Source: an uncultured Gemmatimonadaceae bacterium
GTDB taxonomy: Bacteria; Gemmatimonadota; Gemmatimonadetes; Gemmatimonadales; Gemmatimonadaceae
Reading direction: 5' to 3'
Assembly: GCA_963781585.1 (NCBI GenBank)
Contig: CAWAGQ010000010.1
Coordinates: forward strand, 224,001-288,000
Length of the DNA: 64,000 nt
Under the pieces are notes generated by a model, which was not told the DNA's origin, did no database searches, and was given only the letters and a program-made list of their open reading frames with translations. A program made the translations under genes and the position numbers. Within the stretch, counting starts at the first letter, position 1. Each line of letters begins with the position of its first letter. Shown piece after piece: positions 1 through 10,030 of this stretch.

Positions 1-116
1 CGGATTCAGGGAATCAGCGTTACTCATATTCTGCATGATCTCCTGCGCTACCGTCATACTCGCGAGCTGGGCCGTCTTCGTTCTCGTTCATGTCTCACGC
101 GTAGAGGAGGGCTGTC

Positions 117-905
117 ATGAAAATTGTCGTTATCGGCGGCACGGGCCGGATCGGCTCGAAGGTCGTCGCGATGCTCGGCGAACGCGGCCACGACGCGGTG
201 CCCGCGGCTCCTCATACCGGCGTCAACACGATGACCGGCGAAGGGCTGGCTCAGGCCGTCACTGGCGCGGACGTGGTCATCGACGTGTCGAATTCGCCGA
301 GCTCAGACGGTGACGCGGCGATGAAGTTCTTCCAGACGTCGACGCGCAATGTTCTGGCGGCCGAACGGCCAGCCGGGGTGCGTCATCACGTCGTACTTTC
401 CATCGTCGGCATTGCCCAGCGCGCCGACGACGGCTACTTCGGTGGCAAGCTGGCGCAGGAAGAGTTGACCCGGAATTCGTCGATTCCGTACTCGATCGTT
501 CGCGCGACGCAGTTCTTCGAGTTCATCAAGGGCATTGCGGACGCCGCCACGCAGGGAAACACCGTTCGTCTGCCGCCGGTGATGTTCCAGCCAATGGCGG
601 CGGAGGACGTGGCGCGTACGGTGTGCACTGTCGCACTGGGGAAGCCGGTTAACGGGATCGTGGAAACCGCCGGACCGCAACCGTTCCGACTGGACGAGCT
701 CGTACGGATCCAGCTCGAGGCCCTGAAGGATCAGCGCAGGGTGCTCACGGATCCCAAGGCGCCCTATTTCGGCTCGGTACTGGACGAGCGTACGCTGATG
801 CCCGGCGACGACGCGCGACTCGGGGAAGTGACGTTCCAGGTGTGGCAACAGCAGCAGCAGGCCGCCACGCGCGCCCGTCCGGCGCGGCAGATCGAAGCGC
901 GTTAG
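117..905 (+). CDS. Atypical SDR / NmrA-like NAD(P)-binding oxidoreductase
   Basis: N-terminal Rossmann motif MKIVVIGGTGRIG; IVRATQFFEF segment; GAGGAGG RBS upstream. Confidence 0.85.
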   Translation: MKIVVIGGTGRIGSKVVAMLGERGHDAVPAAPHTGVNTMTGEGLAQAVTGADVVIDVSNSPSSDGDAAMKFFQTSTRNVLAAERPAGVRHHVVLSIVGIAQRADDGYFGGKLAQEELTRNSSIPYSIVRATQFFEFIKGIADAATQGNTVRLPPVMFQPMAAEDVARTVCTVALGKPVNGIVETAGPQPFRLDELVRIQLEALKDQRRVLTDPKAPYFGSVLDERTLMPGDDARLGEVTFQVWQQQQQAATRARPARQIEAR

Positions 906-988
906 GGCGCATGGGCCATGTTCTGGCACGTCGCGCGATCAGGGCTATCTTGACTGCCACAAGGTTCGCTCCCGCCGGAGGTCGATCG

Positions 989-2404
989 ATGCCCGTTCGT
1001 CATCGCGCCGCTTTCGTCGGCGCCGTCGCCGCGCTCGCCGTCGCCGCATGCCCCTCGTCACTTCGTGCGCAGCCATCCCGGCGGCCCAACATCGTCCTGA
1101 TGTTCCCCGACAACCTCGGCTGGGGCGAGATCGGAGCATACGGCGGCGTGCGCGGAGTACCCACACCTAACGTGGACAGCATCGCTGCCCAGGGGATGCG
1201 TCTCGACAACTTCAACGTCGAGTATTCGTGCACGGTCTCCCGGGCGGCCCTGCTGACGGGTCGCTACGCCATTCGAAGCGGCGCCACCCAGCCCACGGGG
1301 ATCACGCTCTGGGAGATCACCATCGCGGAAGGACTCAAGTCGGTGGGGTACGCGACCGCGCTCTTCGGCAAGTGGCACCTCGGCGGGACCAACTGGATCC
1401 AGAATCGCACGCCCATCGACCAGGGCTTCGATGAATGGTACGGCATCCCGAACACGAGCAACGAGGCGCAGGTAACCACAACGCCCGGTTTCGATCCGGC
1501 CACCATGGAGACGCCCTACATCTGGGAGCAGAAAGCGGGCGGTCCAGCGACCAGGGTGAAAGTGTTCGACCTGGACTCGCGCCGGACCATCGATCGTGAG
1601 GCGGCGCTCAAGGGCGTCGATTTCATGGAGCGCAACGTGCGCGCCGGCAAGCCGTTCTTCCTGTTTTATCCGATCACGCAGATCCACTTTCCCACGCTGG
1701 CGCATCCCGATTTCGCCGGAAAGACCGGCGCGGGCGACATCGGCGACGCCATGGCCGACGTGGACTACAACACGGGCCTCATCCTCGCCGCGCTCAAGCG
1801 ACTCGGCGTGGACAGCAACACGTTCGTGCTCTGGTGCACGGACAACGGCGCGGAAGGCCGACGGCCGTGGCGCGGGACGTCGGGGCCGTGGCGCGGTTTC
1901 TACAATACCGTGATGGAGGGCGGCATTCGCACTCCATGCGTGATGCGTTGGCCGGGCCACATTCCACGCGGCCAGGTTTCGAACGAGATCGTTTCCGAGA
2001 TGGATCTGTTTCCCACGATCGCGGCCGTTGCTGCCGCCGACATCGTGCCGAAGGACCGCGCCATCGACGGCATCAACATTCTTCCGTTCCTCGAAGGAAA
2101 ACGCGCGAGCTCGGGCCGCGAGAGCCTCCTGTACTTCACCGGCAACCAGGTGCGGGCGGTGAAGTGGAAGGACTGGAAGTTCCACTACGCGTTCATGCCC
2201 GAGCCGCGCGTGACGGAGCCGCCCCTGATGCGGCTGTTCAACCTGCGCTCCGATCCCCGGGAGGAGTCGGACATCAAGGACGCCAATCCGTGGGCGATCG
2301 GCCTGTTCGACGGACTCGTCGCCGAGTTCAACGCCAGCACGGAGCGGTATCCCAACGTCCCCTCGGACGCAAAGGATCCGTACACGCCCCCGCGGCGGCC
2401 CTGA
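989..2404 (+). CDS. Secreted arylsulfatase (formylglycine-dependent)
   Basis: Signal peptide, PNIVLMFPDNLGWG, CxxxR motif SCTVSRAALLTG, GKWHLG; ATG 989 after GGAGG. Confidence 0.9.
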   Translation: MPVRHRAAFVGAVAALAVAACPSSLRAQPSRRPNIVLMFPDNLGWGEIGAYGGVRGVPTPNVDSIAAQGMRLDNFNVEYSCTVSRAALLTGRYAIRSGATQPTGITLWEITIAEGLKSVGYATALFGKWHLGGTNWIQNRTPIDQGFDEWYGIPNTSNEAQVTTTPGFDPATMETPYIWEQKAGGPATRVKVFDLDSRRTIDREAALKGVDFMERNVRAGKPFFLFYPITQIHFPTLAHPDFAGKTGAGDIGDAMADVDYNTGLILAALKRLGVDSNTFVLWCTDNGAEGRRPWRGTSGPWRGFYNTVMEGGIRTPCVMRWPGHIPRGQVSNEIVSEMDLFPTIAAVAAADIVPKDRAIDGINILPFLEGKRASSGRESLLYFTGNQVRAVKWKDWKFHYAFMPEPRVTEPPLMRLFNLRSDPREESDIKDANPWAIGLFDGLVAEFNASTERYPNVPSDAKDPYTPPRRP

Positions 2405-2413
2405 CGAATCAGC

Positions 2414-2935
2414 CTAACGCTTGCGGTATGCCGTCCGCGTCACTGACGGCGGGCCGCCGCGCACGCCGGCGCGCGTGGTCTCGACGATCAGACGCTGCGA
2501 GCTGGCAAGCGTAAGGGCCTGCCGGACCTCGGTGGTTGTTTTCCCGTCGCCGAGGTCTGGAGTCGGATAGACCGTGGTGATTACGAGCGTGCTGTCGCGC
2601 CACGCCGCTCGGGAGCGCAAGTGCGATTCCGAGTGTCCGATCGTGACCGCGTTGCGCGACTCCGAGCCGTCCAGTGCGTACACGAACCGCAGCGGCGGCT
2701 CGAGATCGTAGGCGGAAAAGAATGGGTAGGAGACGACGAGCCGGCTTGCGTCCTGGGCAATGGTAAGGGGGGAACCCCAGCCATTTCCCATGGTGCCCGT
2801 GCGCGCCGCCGAGTTGCCCCGTGCGCCGGCCGCGTCCCCGCCGCTCGGCTCCTCGAGCGCCCATTCACCGGAGAGGTCGGGTCGCTGCTGCGCGGCGGTG
2901 ATCGCTGGCCCGCTTGCGAGCAGCGCCAGCATCAA
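2414..2935 (-). CDS. Hypothetical secreted protein
   Basis: Signal peptide then PDLSGEW motif; start uncertain (in-frame CTG at 2956 has an AGGAG RBS). Confidence 0.65.
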   Translation of the reverse strand: MMLALLASGPAITAAQQRPDLSGEWALEEPSGGDAAGARGNSAARTGTMGNGWGSPLTIAQDASRLVVSYPFFSAYDLEPPLRFVYALDGSESRNAVTIGHSESHLRSRAAWRDSTLVITTVYPTPDLGDGKTTTEVRQALTLASSQRLIVETTRAGVRGGPPSVTRTAYRKR

Positions 2936-3184
2936 GGGAACGATATGACGATTCAGGTCGGGACTCCTGTGAGCATGCTGGCGAGTCTACGTGATCTCGC
3001 GCCGCGGTCAAGTCCACATCAGGACGAGGCGGGCTGGACTCGCGTCGTACGCCCGGTCGGACAGCGGCATTTGACAGGCTGTTGACGAACTTCTGACGTT
3101 TCAATGTCAGCCGGTTGACGCGCTCCGGGCATCTTCGGCGCGCACTCGAAGCGCCTGCCGACGAATCCAACCGGGAGACCAACC

Positions 3185-3697
3185 ATGTCAGACCGTCTTA
3201 AAGACGTCCCTCGCCGCCAATTCCTGCAGACATCCGCGGCGGCCCTGGGGGTCGTGGCAACAGGCAAGTGGGCTATGCTCCGCGACGCGATCGCGCGCGC
3301 CCGCGAGACCCAGAAGCCGGTGCTGTCCGAGGCCGCGATGAGCGCGTACCTCCAGAAGGTCCGCAGCGGCGGCACCGCGGCGCAGCTGGCGTTCCTGACC
3401 GCGGTCAAATCGGACGTCCGGGCGTTTCTGCGCAACAACTTCACCTTGACCACGGCGCAGGACAAAGGCGTGACGGCGTTCACCTCCACCGACATTTCGA
3501 CGATCGCCAACGCGGCCACACGCGGGTTCACGGCGCGGAACGAGTTCAACGTCCGCTTTGCGACGACGTCGACGACCAACGTGGCGGCGCCGAACTGCGC
3601 GATCACGGCGAAGAAGGATACCCGGCTGCAGGACGGCGTTACCTCCGAGGTCTGGACGGTGTCGTCCGTTCAGTACTGCCCGTACGGGGCGTGCTGA
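3185..3697 (+). CDS. Tat-exported Thr/Ala-rich hypothetical protein ending CPYGAC
   Basis: Twin-arginine motif PRRQFLQ plus hydrophobic stretch; GGGAGA RBS. Confidence 0.75.
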   Translation: MSDRLKDVPRRQFLQTSAAALGVVATGKWAMLRDAIARARETQKPVLSEAAMSAYLQKVRSGGTAAQLAFLTAVKSDVRAFLRNNFTLTTAQDKGVTAFTSTDISTIANAATRGFTARNEFNVRFATTSTTNVAAPNCAITAKKDTRLQDGVTSEVWTVSSVQYCPYGAC

Positions 3698-5136
3698 GGT
3701 CCGTACCTCGTTCATCGCCGCGCCGGGCGAGCCGACGAACGCTCCTGGCGCTAATCTGGCTCACACTCGGCGCGGCGTGCGTGGCGAGGATAGGTCGCCT
3801 GGCGGCGTTCATGCTCGATCCCACCCGGGACCAGGACTCGGTGCGGCCGGAAAGCGCCTTCTACGTGCCGCACTCCTGTCTCACGGCGCACTTCCGGGCG
3901 GCGACGCTGGAGCGCGCGGGTGCGGCCAACATCTATGACGCGTCGCGCTATGTATCAAGCGACGAGAGGCCGGTCGCGATCGAGGGGTTCGATTGCGACG
4001 TCTACCTGTATCCTCCCACAGCCTTGCTGTTGCCTCGCCTGGCGCTGGCGATGTCTCCGCGCTTCCGCACCTGGCGAACCGTCTGGTTCTTCGTCGACCT
4101 CGTATTCGTCAGCGTCGCGCTCCTCGTGGTATCGCGCCACGTCTTCTGCGGACGGGGCGCTCCAGACAGAATGGCCGCACATCCGGATGGCGAGGCTTCG
4201 CGCGACACGTGGAGGCCCGCCCTGGTGCTCCCCCTGGTGCTCCCCCTGGTGCTGGTGGCCCCGACCACACTCCTCGCCCTGCAGATCGGGAACGCGCATC
4301 TGGTGGTTGTCGCCGCCGCCGTGCTGGGCATGGTTGCTTTCGACCGGGATGCGCATGCTCTGGGTGGCGCGCTGTTAGGCTGGGCGACGATGACGAAGCT
4401 CTTTCCGGGAATCCTGCTCCTGGTCCTGCTCCTGCAACGTCGCTGGCGTAGCTCTCTCTGGACACTCGGCGTCATGATCGCCATCACGGTCACGAGCCTG
4501 CTCGTGTCAGGCGCGGACCCGTTTCGCGCGTACGCGTTCTATCAGATGCCACGGCTGGCGAGCGGGGAAGCGCTGGCATCAGTATTCGCATACGCCCAGA
4601 GTGCACTCGTGAATGACGGCGTCCTCGGGATCTCGGGAAAGCTGATGCTGTTGACGGCACCCGACATTGGCCGGCCCTTGCAGGCGCTCTACGCCGCGCT
4701 GCTGGTGTTCCTGGTGTTCCTCGCCACGCGCGTCAGGCAGGAGCCACGCTGGCGTGTGCTCGTCTGGATCGCGCTCGTGCAGCTCGCATCGCTCCAGTCA
4801 CCGTTCGTGCCGGACGTGTACGCCCACTTCGGCTGGCTCTGGATGCTCGCCCTCATGCTGGTGACGGAATCTCCCTGGCGCTGGCGCGTTCCAGCGTTGG
4901 TGATCGCTATCCTCGTGGCTGCACGTCAGGACGTGGACCTGCGCGTGGCGAGCGAGACGTGGCGCGCGACGCTCTCCCTGGTGCAGCAGCTTGGCCTGCT
5001 CGCGGTCACGATGGTGGTGATGTGGCGCGGGTGCACAGTGCGTTCCCTGGGCCGTCAATCGCGCGACCGTCACCTCTCGCTGAACCAGGTCTTCGACGCG
5101 TCGGTGAACAGCAGCGCCACCGCCAGAACACCATGA
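3691..5136 (+). CDS. GT-C fold membrane glycosyltransferase (GT87/DUF2029-like)
   Basis: Many TM helices; YLYPP and TKLFPG motifs; GTG start overlaps the stop of the upstream gene. Confidence 0.75.
   Translation: MLRSVPRSSPRRASRRTLLALIWLTLGAACVARIGRLAAFMLDPTRDQDSVRPESAFYVPHSCLTAHFRAATLERAGAANIYDASRYVSSDERPVAIEGFDCDVYLYPPTALLLPRLALAMSPRFRTWRTVWFFVDLVFVSVALLVVSRHVFCGRGAPDRMAAHPDGEASRDTWRPALVLPLVLPLVLVAPTTLLALQIGNAHLVVVAAAVLGMVAFDRDAHALGGALLGWATMTKLFPGILLLVLLLQRRWRSSLWTLGVMIAITVTSLLVSGADPFRAYAFYQMPRLASGEALASVFAYAQSALVNDGVLGISGKLMLLTAPDIGRPLQALYAALLVFLVFLATRVRQEPRWRVLVWIALVQLASLQSPFVPDVYAHFGWLWMLALMLVTESPWRWRVPALVIAILVAARQDVDLRVASETWRATLSLVQQLGLLAVTMVVMWRGCTVRSLGRQSRDRHLSLNQVFDASVNSSATARTP
4222..4253 (+). 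repeat. In-frame 12-bp tandem repeat (CTGGTGCTCCCC x2.7) encoding LVLP-LVLP-LVL
   Basis: Read directly from the sequence. Confidence 0.85.
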
Positions 5137-5315
5137 GAACCTCTCGACGGTTGCGGTGCCCAGTGGGAAGATCGACCAGTTCCTGGTCGAGCCGCCTGGC
5201 TGAGGACGCCTCGCTCGTCGGCGTGGTCGCCGACTGGACGCAGAAGACAACCTTGCCGGCAGGCCCGGTCGGCGTGGCTTGATGGGTCGGAGCCAATGGC
5301 TCCGCTGTACGTCCA

Positions 5316-5966
5316 TCACGGTCCAAGAACGATCTTGCGCGCGAAAAACGCCTCCGCCACTCCCTGACTCGCGCGGCATTCATTCCCCCGGATGTGGGCG
5401 AGGCCACGAAAGGTCTCGGCCGTGAACCACGGCTTTTCCCGCTGGGTGGGAAACGCTGCCATCAGGTTCGCGATCTTGGCCTCCAGATCCCTCCGGAAAA
5501 GGGGCACAAAGACGTTAGGCGAGCCGAGATCGGCGTCGAACTTGGGGATCTCGTACTCGAGGATGACGTGGTCCCGGAAGTGATTCCAGGTCAGCTCGCT
5601 GACGATGCGATGGTCCTGGTGCCGATCCTGCCCCGCGTGGGTGAAGACGATATCCGGCCTGACGCGTCTCGCCAGATCGGCAAACCAGGTCTTGATCGCA
5701 GCCCACTCGGCCGGGAAGAAGCCGTCCGGAAAGTCGCATAGCTCGACATCGTGGGGCCCACCACCCACGAACAACGTCGCCCCCCGCCGTGCCTCAACGG
5801 CGCGACAGTCGAATGCACTCAGCACGGCCCAATGCACCCGCAGCTCGGGGTACTGCGCGCGCAGCGTCAGCAGCGTACCGCCGCACCCGATTTCGATGTC
5901 GTCGGCGTGGGCGCCCAGGCACAGCACGCTGGCGGGGGGCTTGGGCCCCAGAGAGAACGAACGCAT
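5316..5966 (-). CDS. PIG-L family deacetylase
   Basis: GAHADDIEIG and DRHQDH motifs. Confidence 0.9.
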   Translation of the reverse strand: MRSFSLGPKPPASVLCLGAHADDIEIGCGGTLLTLRAQYPELRVHWAVLSAFDCRAVEARRGATLFVGGGPHDVELCDFPDGFFPAEWAAIKTWFADLARRVRPDIVFTHAGQDRHQDHRIVSELTWNHFRDHVILEYEIPKFDADLGSPNVFVPLFRRDLEAKIANLMAAFPTQREKPWFTAETFRGLAHIRGNECRASQGVAEAFFARKIVLGP

Positions 5967-5983
5967 CGCGGCGCGGCTCGGGG

Positions 5984-7288
5984 TCAGGCCGCCTGAAGCG
6001 CGCGTTCGGCGGCGCGCTCACCGCTGATGAAGCTCTCGTCGGTCCACATGTACCCCCAGTCGCCATAGCGCCCGCAATAGGAGATGCCGACGTCATCGAG
6101 AAACCCGTGGACCGTCTCGACGGCGCAGGCACGCTCGAGATCGAAAATGACGTTTGCGTATGGGATGACCATCGCGTCCTGATGGACGATCGTGTCGTCG
6201 TCGCGCAGGACGCCACATTTGCGGAGATCGCGGATGACCGGATCGATCAGGGTCTCGGGCGCGACGGTGAGCGGCTTGTACTTGCGCGAGAAGTACACCT
6301 CGGCCTGGATGCTTCCGGTGCCGGGGGGGGCGTTGTTCGGCGAGAACATGTGCGGGAAACTCGCCCGCGCAAAACAGATGTCCTCGTCATAGAAGTACGT
6401 CATGTGTGCCGGGGAAACGTCGCTCCGGGCGACGCCGAGGTTGACCAGCACACAGGTGGAACAGGCAAGCCGCTCGGCCGCATCCACCACGTCCCGAGGC
6501 GCTCCCGCGATCATCGGGATCAGCTCCGGCAGCGGGATCGAGGACACAACGTTCTCGTACCGCACACGCACGCCGTTGCCGAACGTCAGCTCCCGGGTCT
6601 TCGGCTCGATCGCGACCAGCTCGTGCCGCAGTCTCAGTTCCGCCCGCGGGACGAAGTTGCGCAGGTAGGCCGAGAATCCCCCGACGGTCGGATACCGGAA
6701 GTTCGTGATGTAGTGGACGTGCGGCGCCGCCGGCGAGAGACTCCCGCGCAGCACCTCCTCCAGGCTGGGACGGTAGATCCGCGGTCCGAGCCAGTCGGTG
6801 CTCATGTTCTCGGCGGTCGTGAGATGGTACTTCCGCGTGTACTGCATCGGGAACGTTTCCGCGAACGTGCGGCCGAAGCTCGCCACGAGCCAGTCGGCGT
6901 AGTTCCGGATGGGACGCTCGCCGTCGCGCTCGGCTGCGACGAAGTCGGTAATGATCCTCGCCACCAGGTCAGCCGGCAAGCCGTGGAGGTGGAGCTGCAC
7001 CGGATGGAGCGGCCAGAAACCTCGCCAATAGTTGTTAAGGCATATCTCGATCGACTCGAACCGGTGATCGACGCTCTCGGCGAACAGATCCTGAATCCGC
7101 GGATCCTTGGTGAAGGAAATGTGCGGACCGATGTCGAAGACGAATCCGTCCTCGTGGCGGAACGAGTGAGTGTGCCCACCGTAGTACGGGTTCCTGTCGA
7201 ACAGCAGGGGACGCTCGCCTGCACCGTGCAGCCGGTATGCAGCGCCCAGCGCCCCCATCCCCGACCCCAGCACCACGATGTTTGCCAT
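5984..7288 (-). CDS. FAD-dependent oxidoreductase (UDP-galactopyranose mutase / protoporphyrinogen oxidase-like)
   Basis: VVLGSGMG dinucleotide-binding motif, GG-x-FDIGPH, C-terminal GRYGDWGY. Confidence 0.8.
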   Translation of the reverse strand: MANIVVLGSGMGALGAAYRLHGAGERPLLFDRNPYYGGHTHSFRHEDGFVFDIGPHISFTKDPRIQDLFAESVDHRFESIEICLNNYWRGFWPLHPVQLHLHGLPADLVARIITDFVAAERDGERPIRNYADWLVASFGRTFAETFPMQYTRKYHLTTAENMSTDWLGPRIYRPSLEEVLRGSLSPAAPHVHYITNFRYPTVGGFSAYLRNFVPRAELRLRHELVAIEPKTRELTFGNGVRVRYENVVSSIPLPELIPMIAGAPRDVVDAAERLACSTCVLVNLGVARSDVSPAHMTYFYDEDICFARASFPHMFSPNNAPPGTGSIQAEVYFSRKYKPLTVAPETLIDPVIRDLRKCGVLRDDDTIVHQDAMVIPYANVIFDLERACAVETVHGFLDDVGISYCGRYGDWGYMWTDESFISGERAAERALQAA

Positions 7289-7389
7289 CCGCGAATCTCC
7301 TTGGTGCGCGAACAAGGCCTGGCTCGTACAGACCCGGGCTCGGTAGGCGGTACCATCGCATGGCCCGCCAGGTCGGCCCCCTGGGGCGC

Positions 7390-8166
7390 CTAACGGCGCC
7401 ACACCTCCCACGGCGGATTGCCGTGGGCGTACAGCTCGTCCAACTCCTGCTTGTCCTTGAAGGTGTCCATCGCCTTCCAGAAGCCGTTGTACTCGTAGGC
7501 GAACAGCTGGCGGTCGGCAATGAGACGTTGAAAGGGCCCGTCCACGAGATCTTCGCCCGCGCGGAGGTAATCGAAGATCTCCCGGCGAAACACGAAGAAC
7601 CCTCCGTTCACGCGCAGCGGCGTGCACCGCACGTCCGCGAGCCGCGTGACCAGCCCGTCGGGGGCTGCTTCCACGTAGTGAAAGCTCAGATTGGGCGCGA
7701 CCGACGCGAAGCCCGCAATCCGGTTGCTCGCACGGAAACGCTCGAGGAATGCGTTGATATTGATATCGGAGACGCAGTCGGTGTAATTCGCCAGAAACAT
7801 CTCCTCGCCTTCGAGATACGGGCGCGCCAACCGCAGTCGCTCCCCAAGGGGTGATGAGGCGCCGGTGTCGGCGAAGGTGATCCGCCAGTCATGGATGTCC
7901 CTGTTCAGAAGCTCGACCCGGCGCCCGCCATCCTCAAAAACGAAGTCGTTCGAAAGACACTCGTCGTAGGTCAGGAAGTATTTCTTGATGACGTCCGCCT
8001 TGTAGCCCAGGCAGAGGACGAAATCGTGGTGACCGTAATGGGCGTACAGCTTCATCAGGTGCCAGAGGATCGGCCGGTATCCGATCGTCACCATCGGCTT
8101 CGGGATCGTGTCGTCGAAGTCGCGCAGTCGTGTCCCGAACCCACCGGAGAAGAGCACCACTTTCAT
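7390..8166 (-). CDS. rfbF: Glucose-1-phosphate cytidylyltransferase-like nucleotidyltransferase
   Basis: MKVVLFSGGFGTRL...PKPMV; GFWKAMDTFKD. Confidence 0.8.
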   Translation of the reverse strand: MKVVLFSGGFGTRLRDFDDTIPKPMVTIGYRPILWHLMKLYAHYGHHDFVLCLGYKADVIKKYFLTYDECLSNDFVFEDGGRRVELLNRDIHDWRITFADTGASSPLGERLRLARPYLEGEEMFLANYTDCVSDININAFLERFRASNRIAGFASVAPNLSFHYVEAAPDGLVTRLADVRCTPLRVNGGFFVFRREIFDYLRAGEDLVDGPFQRLIADRQLFAYEYNGFWKAMDTFKDKQELDELYAHGNPPWEVWRR

Positions 8167-9485
8167 TGGGTCCATCCCTCGCCTGTGCTGCGAACCGTGG
8201 CATCCGCCGCCGGCCAGCAGGTCTCTTGCTCGCGCCAGAGGCGGTCGCTCAGGCGCTCCGGCGGCATCGTGACATCGCCCCAGGTGAGCACCTCGTCCCG
8301 CGCCATGCTCCGTCGGAGCACCGCACCCTCGCACAAGCCCATCGGCAGAGCCTCGGCGCGGCGCGCCGCGCCGCGATTCTCGATCAACCCATACACGCAA
8401 TAGCCGCCGATCCCGTCGATGCGATCTCCGGCGCTGAGATCGCGCTTGGCGAGTGTCACGACCTCACAGCGCGGGCCGCCGAGCGAGGCCACCGTCGGAT
8501 CCCGGAACACCACCGCCCGCCCGATCGTCGACGCGATTTGCAGGTGAGGCAGATGAAATGGCGTGAAGAAGACGTGGAAGGGTCCGGCGCCCATCTTGTA
8601 GTAGGCCAGCTGCGTGCGCTTGAGGGCGTTCTCCTCGTGAATCACCACGAAGGCCCCGGTGTGCGGCGCGGCGCCCAGGGCGTAGTCCACGATGCCCCCG
8701 CCAAGGAGATCGGCCGCCGGGAGGAGTTCGGCCATCTCGCGAACGTGCGCGCATCGAGGTCCGTACATTCCCCGCCGTCCCACGCCGAATCCGGTCGCAT
8801 TGGCCAGGACCGTCGTCTCCATCGAGAGCTTGGTCGCGTCCGCAAATGACGTCACCTTGCGCACGTCCTGATCGTGCTGCTTCGCGAACGCCGCCTGTGT
8901 GTCCGGGTTGCGGTAGTGATCCACCATCCCCTTGATGTTCCCCGCCGCGACCGGACGAAGGCCCAGGGTACGCAGGTAACGAAACAGCGTCATCGCCACG
9001 CCGGGCTCGTCGCCGTCGGTGTTGGTCAGCACGACGCCGGCGCGGTCGGCGTGGGCCTTGAGCAACGGGCCGAGCGTGGAGTCCAGCTCGGCGTTCACGA
9101 TCACCGTGTGCTTCCCGTGGGCGATGGCGTCGAGCACGACCTCCGCAGCGAAGTCCACGGTGCCCGTGGCCTCCACCACCAGATCCACCTCGGGGCACCG
9201 CACCACGGCAGTGGGATCGTCGGTCAGCACGGGAATCCCCCGGTGGATGCTGTCGGCAATCGCCGCCGGCGAATCTGGTGACTCCCAGGCGAGGATTCCG
9301 GCGTCCCGGAAGGCGCGTTCGGCGTGCGACGGCGTGCGGTTGGCGATCGCCGCGAGACGCATTCCCGGCACCGGCGTCCCCAATTGAAGGGCGATCGCGC
9401 GACCGGTCGCTCCCGCGCCGATCATGCCGACCCGAATCGGCCGACCCTCGGCTTCCCGCAGTCTCAGTGCGATGTCCAGGTTCAC
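8163..9485 (-). CDS. NAD(P)-dependent oxidoreductase with C-terminal SAF domain
   Basis: VGMIGAGATG, GDEPG, SFADATK, AKRDLSAGDRIDGIGG. Confidence 0.85.
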   Translation of the reverse strand: MNLDIALRLREAEGRPIRVGMIGAGATGRAIALQLGTPVPGMRLAAIANRTPSHAERAFRDAGILAWESPDSPAAIADSIHRGIPVLTDDPTAVVRCPEVDLVVEATGTVDFAAEVVLDAIAHGKHTVIVNAELDSTLGPLLKAHADRAGVVLTNTDGDEPGVAMTLFRYLRTLGLRPVAAGNIKGMVDHYRNPDTQAAFAKQHDQDVRKVTSFADATKLSMETTVLANATGFGVGRRGMYGPRCAHVREMAELLPAADLLGGGIVDYALGAAPHTGAFVVIHEENALKRTQLAYYKMGAGPFHVFFTPFHLPHLQIASTIGRAVVFRDPTVASLGGPRCEVVTLAKRDLSAGDRIDGIGGYCVYGLIENRGAARRAEALPMGLCEGAVLRRSMARDEVLTWGDVTMPPERLSDRLWREQETCWPAADATVRSTGEGWTQ

Positions 9486-10030
9486 GATTCGATACTCTGC
9501 AGATCACTTGCCAGCGGCCACCCGCGGTCCTGCTCGGAGACGGCGGACACCGGCATGGGCCAGCGTACGCCGAACGCCGGATCATCGAACCGGACCCCGC
9601 GCACCGCGTCGGGCGCGTAGAAAGCGGACGTGTGGTACATGATCTCCGTGGACGCCTCGAGGGTCTGGTATCCGTGCGCGCAATGTTCCGGGACGAGGAG
9701 CATCCGGCCATTTTCTGCGCTGAGCATGGCTCCAAACCAACGCCTGAACGTCGGTGACCGGGGCCGGAGGTCAACGACGACGTCAAACACCGAGCCGCGT
9801 GTGCACCGCACCAGCTTCGCTTCCACCGCCGGCGTCGCCTGATAGTGGAGACCTCGCACGGTGCCCTGCAGCGCCGTGTATCCCATGTTCGCCTGCACCG
9901 GCGTGAATGCGATCCCATGATCCGCGAACTCCCGTGCGCACCAGGCCCGCATGAATCGCCCACGTGTGTCCAGATGCGGTGTCGGATCGATCACCCAGGC
10001 ACCGGCGATAGGGGTTTCAGAGAAGTTCAC
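9482..10030 (-). CDS. rfbC: dTDP-4-dehydrorhamnose 3,5-epimerase family
   Basis: DTRGRF, RGLHYQ, KLVRCTRG, AHGYQTL motifs; GTG start. Confidence 0.9.
   Translation of the reverse strand: MNFSETPIAGAWVIDPTPHLDTRGRFMRAWCAREFADHGIAFTPVQANMGYTALQGTVRGLHYQATPAVEAKLVRCTRGSVFDVVVDLRPRSPTFRRWFGAMLSAENGRMLLVPEHCAHGYQTLEASTEIMYHTSAFYAPDAVRGVRFDDPAFGVRWPMPVSAVSEQDRGWPLASDLQSIES

Noticed and set aside
846..860. Poly-Gln (CAG) run at the SDR C-terminus
   Set aside because: Only five codons; expected by chance
3070..3120. Clustered TTGAC motifs and a CTGAC-N8-GTCAG inverted repeat
   Set aside because: Too short to assign to a regulator with confidence
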